64,000 bases of DNA, from NCBI RefSeq assembly GCF_964204645.1, contig NC_134034.1:2867714-2931713 (forward strand), in the 5' to 3' direction. Both the position numbers and the translations under genes were made by a program. This DNA is from Tubulanus polymorphus. Lineage: Eukaryota > Animalia > Nemertea. The notes beneath the pieces are model-generated. The model was not told where the DNA came from and searched no databases. It was given only the letters and a program-made list of their open reading frames with translations. Positions 1 through 64,000 of this stretch are shown here, one piece after another (position 1 is the first letter of the stretch; each line of letters begins with the position of its first letter).

Positions 1-529
1 GATTTAAATTGCGATTGCCCGAAGGGAACGCGCCGGGAGGGGGGCGTCTAATTACTCGCTGAGTTGATTGCATTATGAAACGTCTTTGTCTTACGTCGTC
101 TTGAAATATTGCAATATGACGAACACGATTACTAAACAATGCCTCGAGGCCTCGGGATTTGAAATCAGTCCACTACGGGACCCTTCGACTCCTCGAATTC
201 GTAATAACTCTTTCTAAATGGAAAATCCTTTAAAGGTGCTCAAAACTCCTTTGATTTTAGCAAAATGCTTGAGACTCCTCCAGAACTCCTTCAATTTTGA
301 GAAATAGGCAATTAGATACTTTAGTTGTACATTAGACTACGCCTTAATCTATTAAGTTGGAACCAGGAATTCTTTACCCTAATAGTTTTGGTAATTTTAG
401 TAGTGTATAGGATAGATATTTGATTACAATACCACTGAATTAATGGTTTACTTGGAAACACAGTACCGATTTAGGAGTCGACAGTAATAAGGATATGAAA
501 GTGATGTAGACAAAATTTGAAATTTCTCC

Positions 530-755
530 TTTAAAACTCCTTATATCCATGAATGACTGATCCATAGGGACCCTGTTAAAACCTCTTATATCCATGAATG
601 ACTGATCTGTAGGGACCCTGTTAAAACCCCTTATATCCAGGAATGACTGACCTTTAGGGACCCTGTTTAAACTCCTTATATCCAGGAATGGCTGATTTGT
701 AGGGACCCTGTTAAATTTCCTTATATCCAGGAATGGCTGATTTGTAGGGACCCAG
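530..755. repeat. ~45-bp minisatellite, ~5 copies (CCTTATATCCAGGAATGACTGAT…TAGGGACCCTGTTAAAA)
   Basis: TTATATCC recurs at 541, 586, 631…. Confidence 0.9.
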
Positions 756-811
756 TCAGAGAGGTCAGTTTTTTCAAAAGTTAGTTCACCTCTTATTTTC
801 GCACTAGTGAA

Positions 812-1279
812 CCCTTTCAGTGCATGTACACTGCAGTGCAGTGTATAAATCGGTGATGGACTGTGCTAGCAGACCACATTGCGGTGCATTGATGTAATTA
901 GTTATTTGGTATTTTCTCTATTGAAAGATGGCATCACCTGTCAAACATAGTGAAATGTTAGGAACTAACGATACACCGCACCTCAGCGTAGATGCACTAT
1001 AGTGATATAGCAGTTTCATACTTGTTGTGCACTGAGGTGGAATTTTTCATAGATTTCAAATTATCTCCGAACGCTTGAATAGTGCATCTACACCACAGTG
1101 CGGTGTATTGTCAGTCACTTATATCTCGCTGTGTTTAACAGGTGCTGCCATCTTTCAATAGAGATAAAACCTTATAACTAATTACGCGATGCGGTGTACT
1201 AGCAAATCCCGTCACTGATTTACACGCGGCACTGCGCCCCATATATACACCCCAGTGCAGTGTAGAAGCACTGAGAGGA
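812..1279. mobile_element. piggyBac-like foldback MITE (CCCTTTCAGTGC…GCACTGAGAGG), long internal palindrome
   Basis: Inverted termini and inverted internal arms; same family as 13403-13696, 60637-61018 and 63230-63498. Confidence 0.65.
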
Positions 1280-1359
1280 AGCGTTTCGGTTTAGTTGCTG
1301 TTTAGTTAGTTTTTCCGTTTGTATTCATTTTTTGTTTTTTGTTTCGTTTGTTTATTTAG

Positions 1360-62718
<61,359 letters not shown>

Positions 62719-63229
62719 GTAAGCTCTTTGTTTCGGTATTTCGCGTCTATGTCTTGAAATGACTGGGATAGATTAATTTATATTTCACCGATAATTTACA
62801 AGGGGACGATGCACTGTTAGGTCTACCCCTGCAGCTTGATTGATTCCATTGTACTTATTCGGTGTATCCCGTACAAACACACACATCGCACCTGCTGGAA
62901 ATATAACCGGGGGGGGGGGAGTGGGCGGTTTGTTTTGTAAAATCGGAAATTGAGGTAAAGATATAGTTGTGTGTGATCGGCTAACAAAATTTACAGACTT
63001 ATTTGTATAAATGGAAGTAGTACGTGTTTGAAAATTTCGGTTCATGTAATTAATCTTTCAACCAGTCTGAGCCGGCAAGCGACTGATTGGGGTCATTTTG
63101 TTGACTGCCTAATTTGATACTTCGACATTCACAAATAGCTAAAGGGGTTAACACTATGTATAGGGTAATTGTATGGTATATTTTTTCGTTTTTCTTCAAT
63201 TTCAATGTGAAATAGTCCGAAAGTTTTAA

Positions 63230-63498
63230 CCCTTTAATTGCATCTATCTACACCGCAATGCGGTGTACTAATCAGAGATAGACTTTGCTAGTACACCGCA
63301 TTGCGGTGTATTGAGGTTATCAGTAATTAGTTTTTATCCGATGGCAATAAGTGTCAAACATAGTGAAATACTAGTAACTAACAATACACCGCACTAAAGT
63401 TGTATGCCTGTTATACACTGCACGTTGGCAAAATTCATTAAAAAGATTCAAAATCATCTCCAGCACTTTTGGGAAATAATTAGTCGCCACTGAAAGTC
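63230..63498. mobile_element. piggyBac-like MITE, diverged copy (TTAA|CCCTTT…CCACTGAAAG)
   Basis: Similar to 13403-13696. Confidence 0.6.
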
Positions 63499-64000
63499 TA
63501 AAATAGTTATCTTTTTATCGAGTGAAGTCATTTTCGTTGCAACATTTCGTCTCGCATTTTTATTTTGCGACGAAAGTTAAACTCGTGCGCACGCGCGCGC
63601 CTCATCGCTATGCGGACCGTGTACGCCCGCGAATTCGAGTCGCAATTCGACGGAAATTTGGTTAGTTATTTGAAGAACGGTCGCGTGTTTTTATCGTGCG
63701 TGTGACTGAAATTCAACCGATAGAATTAACTATTCGTTCGAATGATGTTGATTTTTTTTCGCGTCTAGCTCATCTTCGTCTTCGTCTTCGTTGTTGTCGT
63801 TGCCGGGTGTGAGGGGAATTTCGATGCGTCTTGAAATTCCAATCCTGAATGTTGTTGTCTTACTTTCGAACGCCGGAAACGGTGTCGGGTCGTTTGGAAA
63901 GTGGGGTAAAGTGAGGCCTCGTAGTTGAACGGCAGCGCTAAAAAGCTTGTTGAGCTAACGGGGTTCTAAATATCAAAGCTCGGGGAAGAACCATAGAAAG

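Overview
Repeat-rich animal genomic DNA (invertebrate-like; taxon not determinable from sequence alone). It is not prokaryotic, and nearly all ORFs in the supplied track are repeat artefacts. The window lies inside one + strand, multi-exon gene. Eight GT-AG exons (1360-1434, 13168-13257, 14786-14989, 17364-17459, 18571-18718, 18996-19082, 24323-24402, 62651-62718; 848 nt) splice into one open frame. It encodes an acidic lumenal pro-region, a KK dibasic site and a complete SEA-like ectodomain (…DRAYIKVDKPFKDTQDAEELLAIVESKLGLKPGSFSNVQWKKDMISFRVNSDVAGANADAISKQIMEIVPAVKAVTGVQIIKSGVGDK) of the dense-core-vesicle protein IA-2/PTPRN/PTPRN2. The signal peptide, TM and PTP domains lie outside the window. 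The introns (including one of 38.2 kb) are a mosaic of CpG-rich unique blocks and CpG-poor dispersed minisatellite families, MITEs, a truncated L2 LINE, microsatellites and a near-perfect 4.04-kb tandem duplication. Most notable: (1) a Penelope-type minimal hammerhead-ribozyme insertion whose 14-bp flanking direct repeat duplicates an exon's splice donor; (2) satellite arrays that appear to grow out of MITE termini and a tRNA-derived SINE head; (3) these arrays carry tandem CTCF-like, Pol III B-box, YY1-like and RBFOX (TGCATG) motifs; (4) about nine RFX X-box-like palindromes sit in the unique intronic blocks. Repeat boundaries are approximate (read by eye); exon boundaries were counted to the base.
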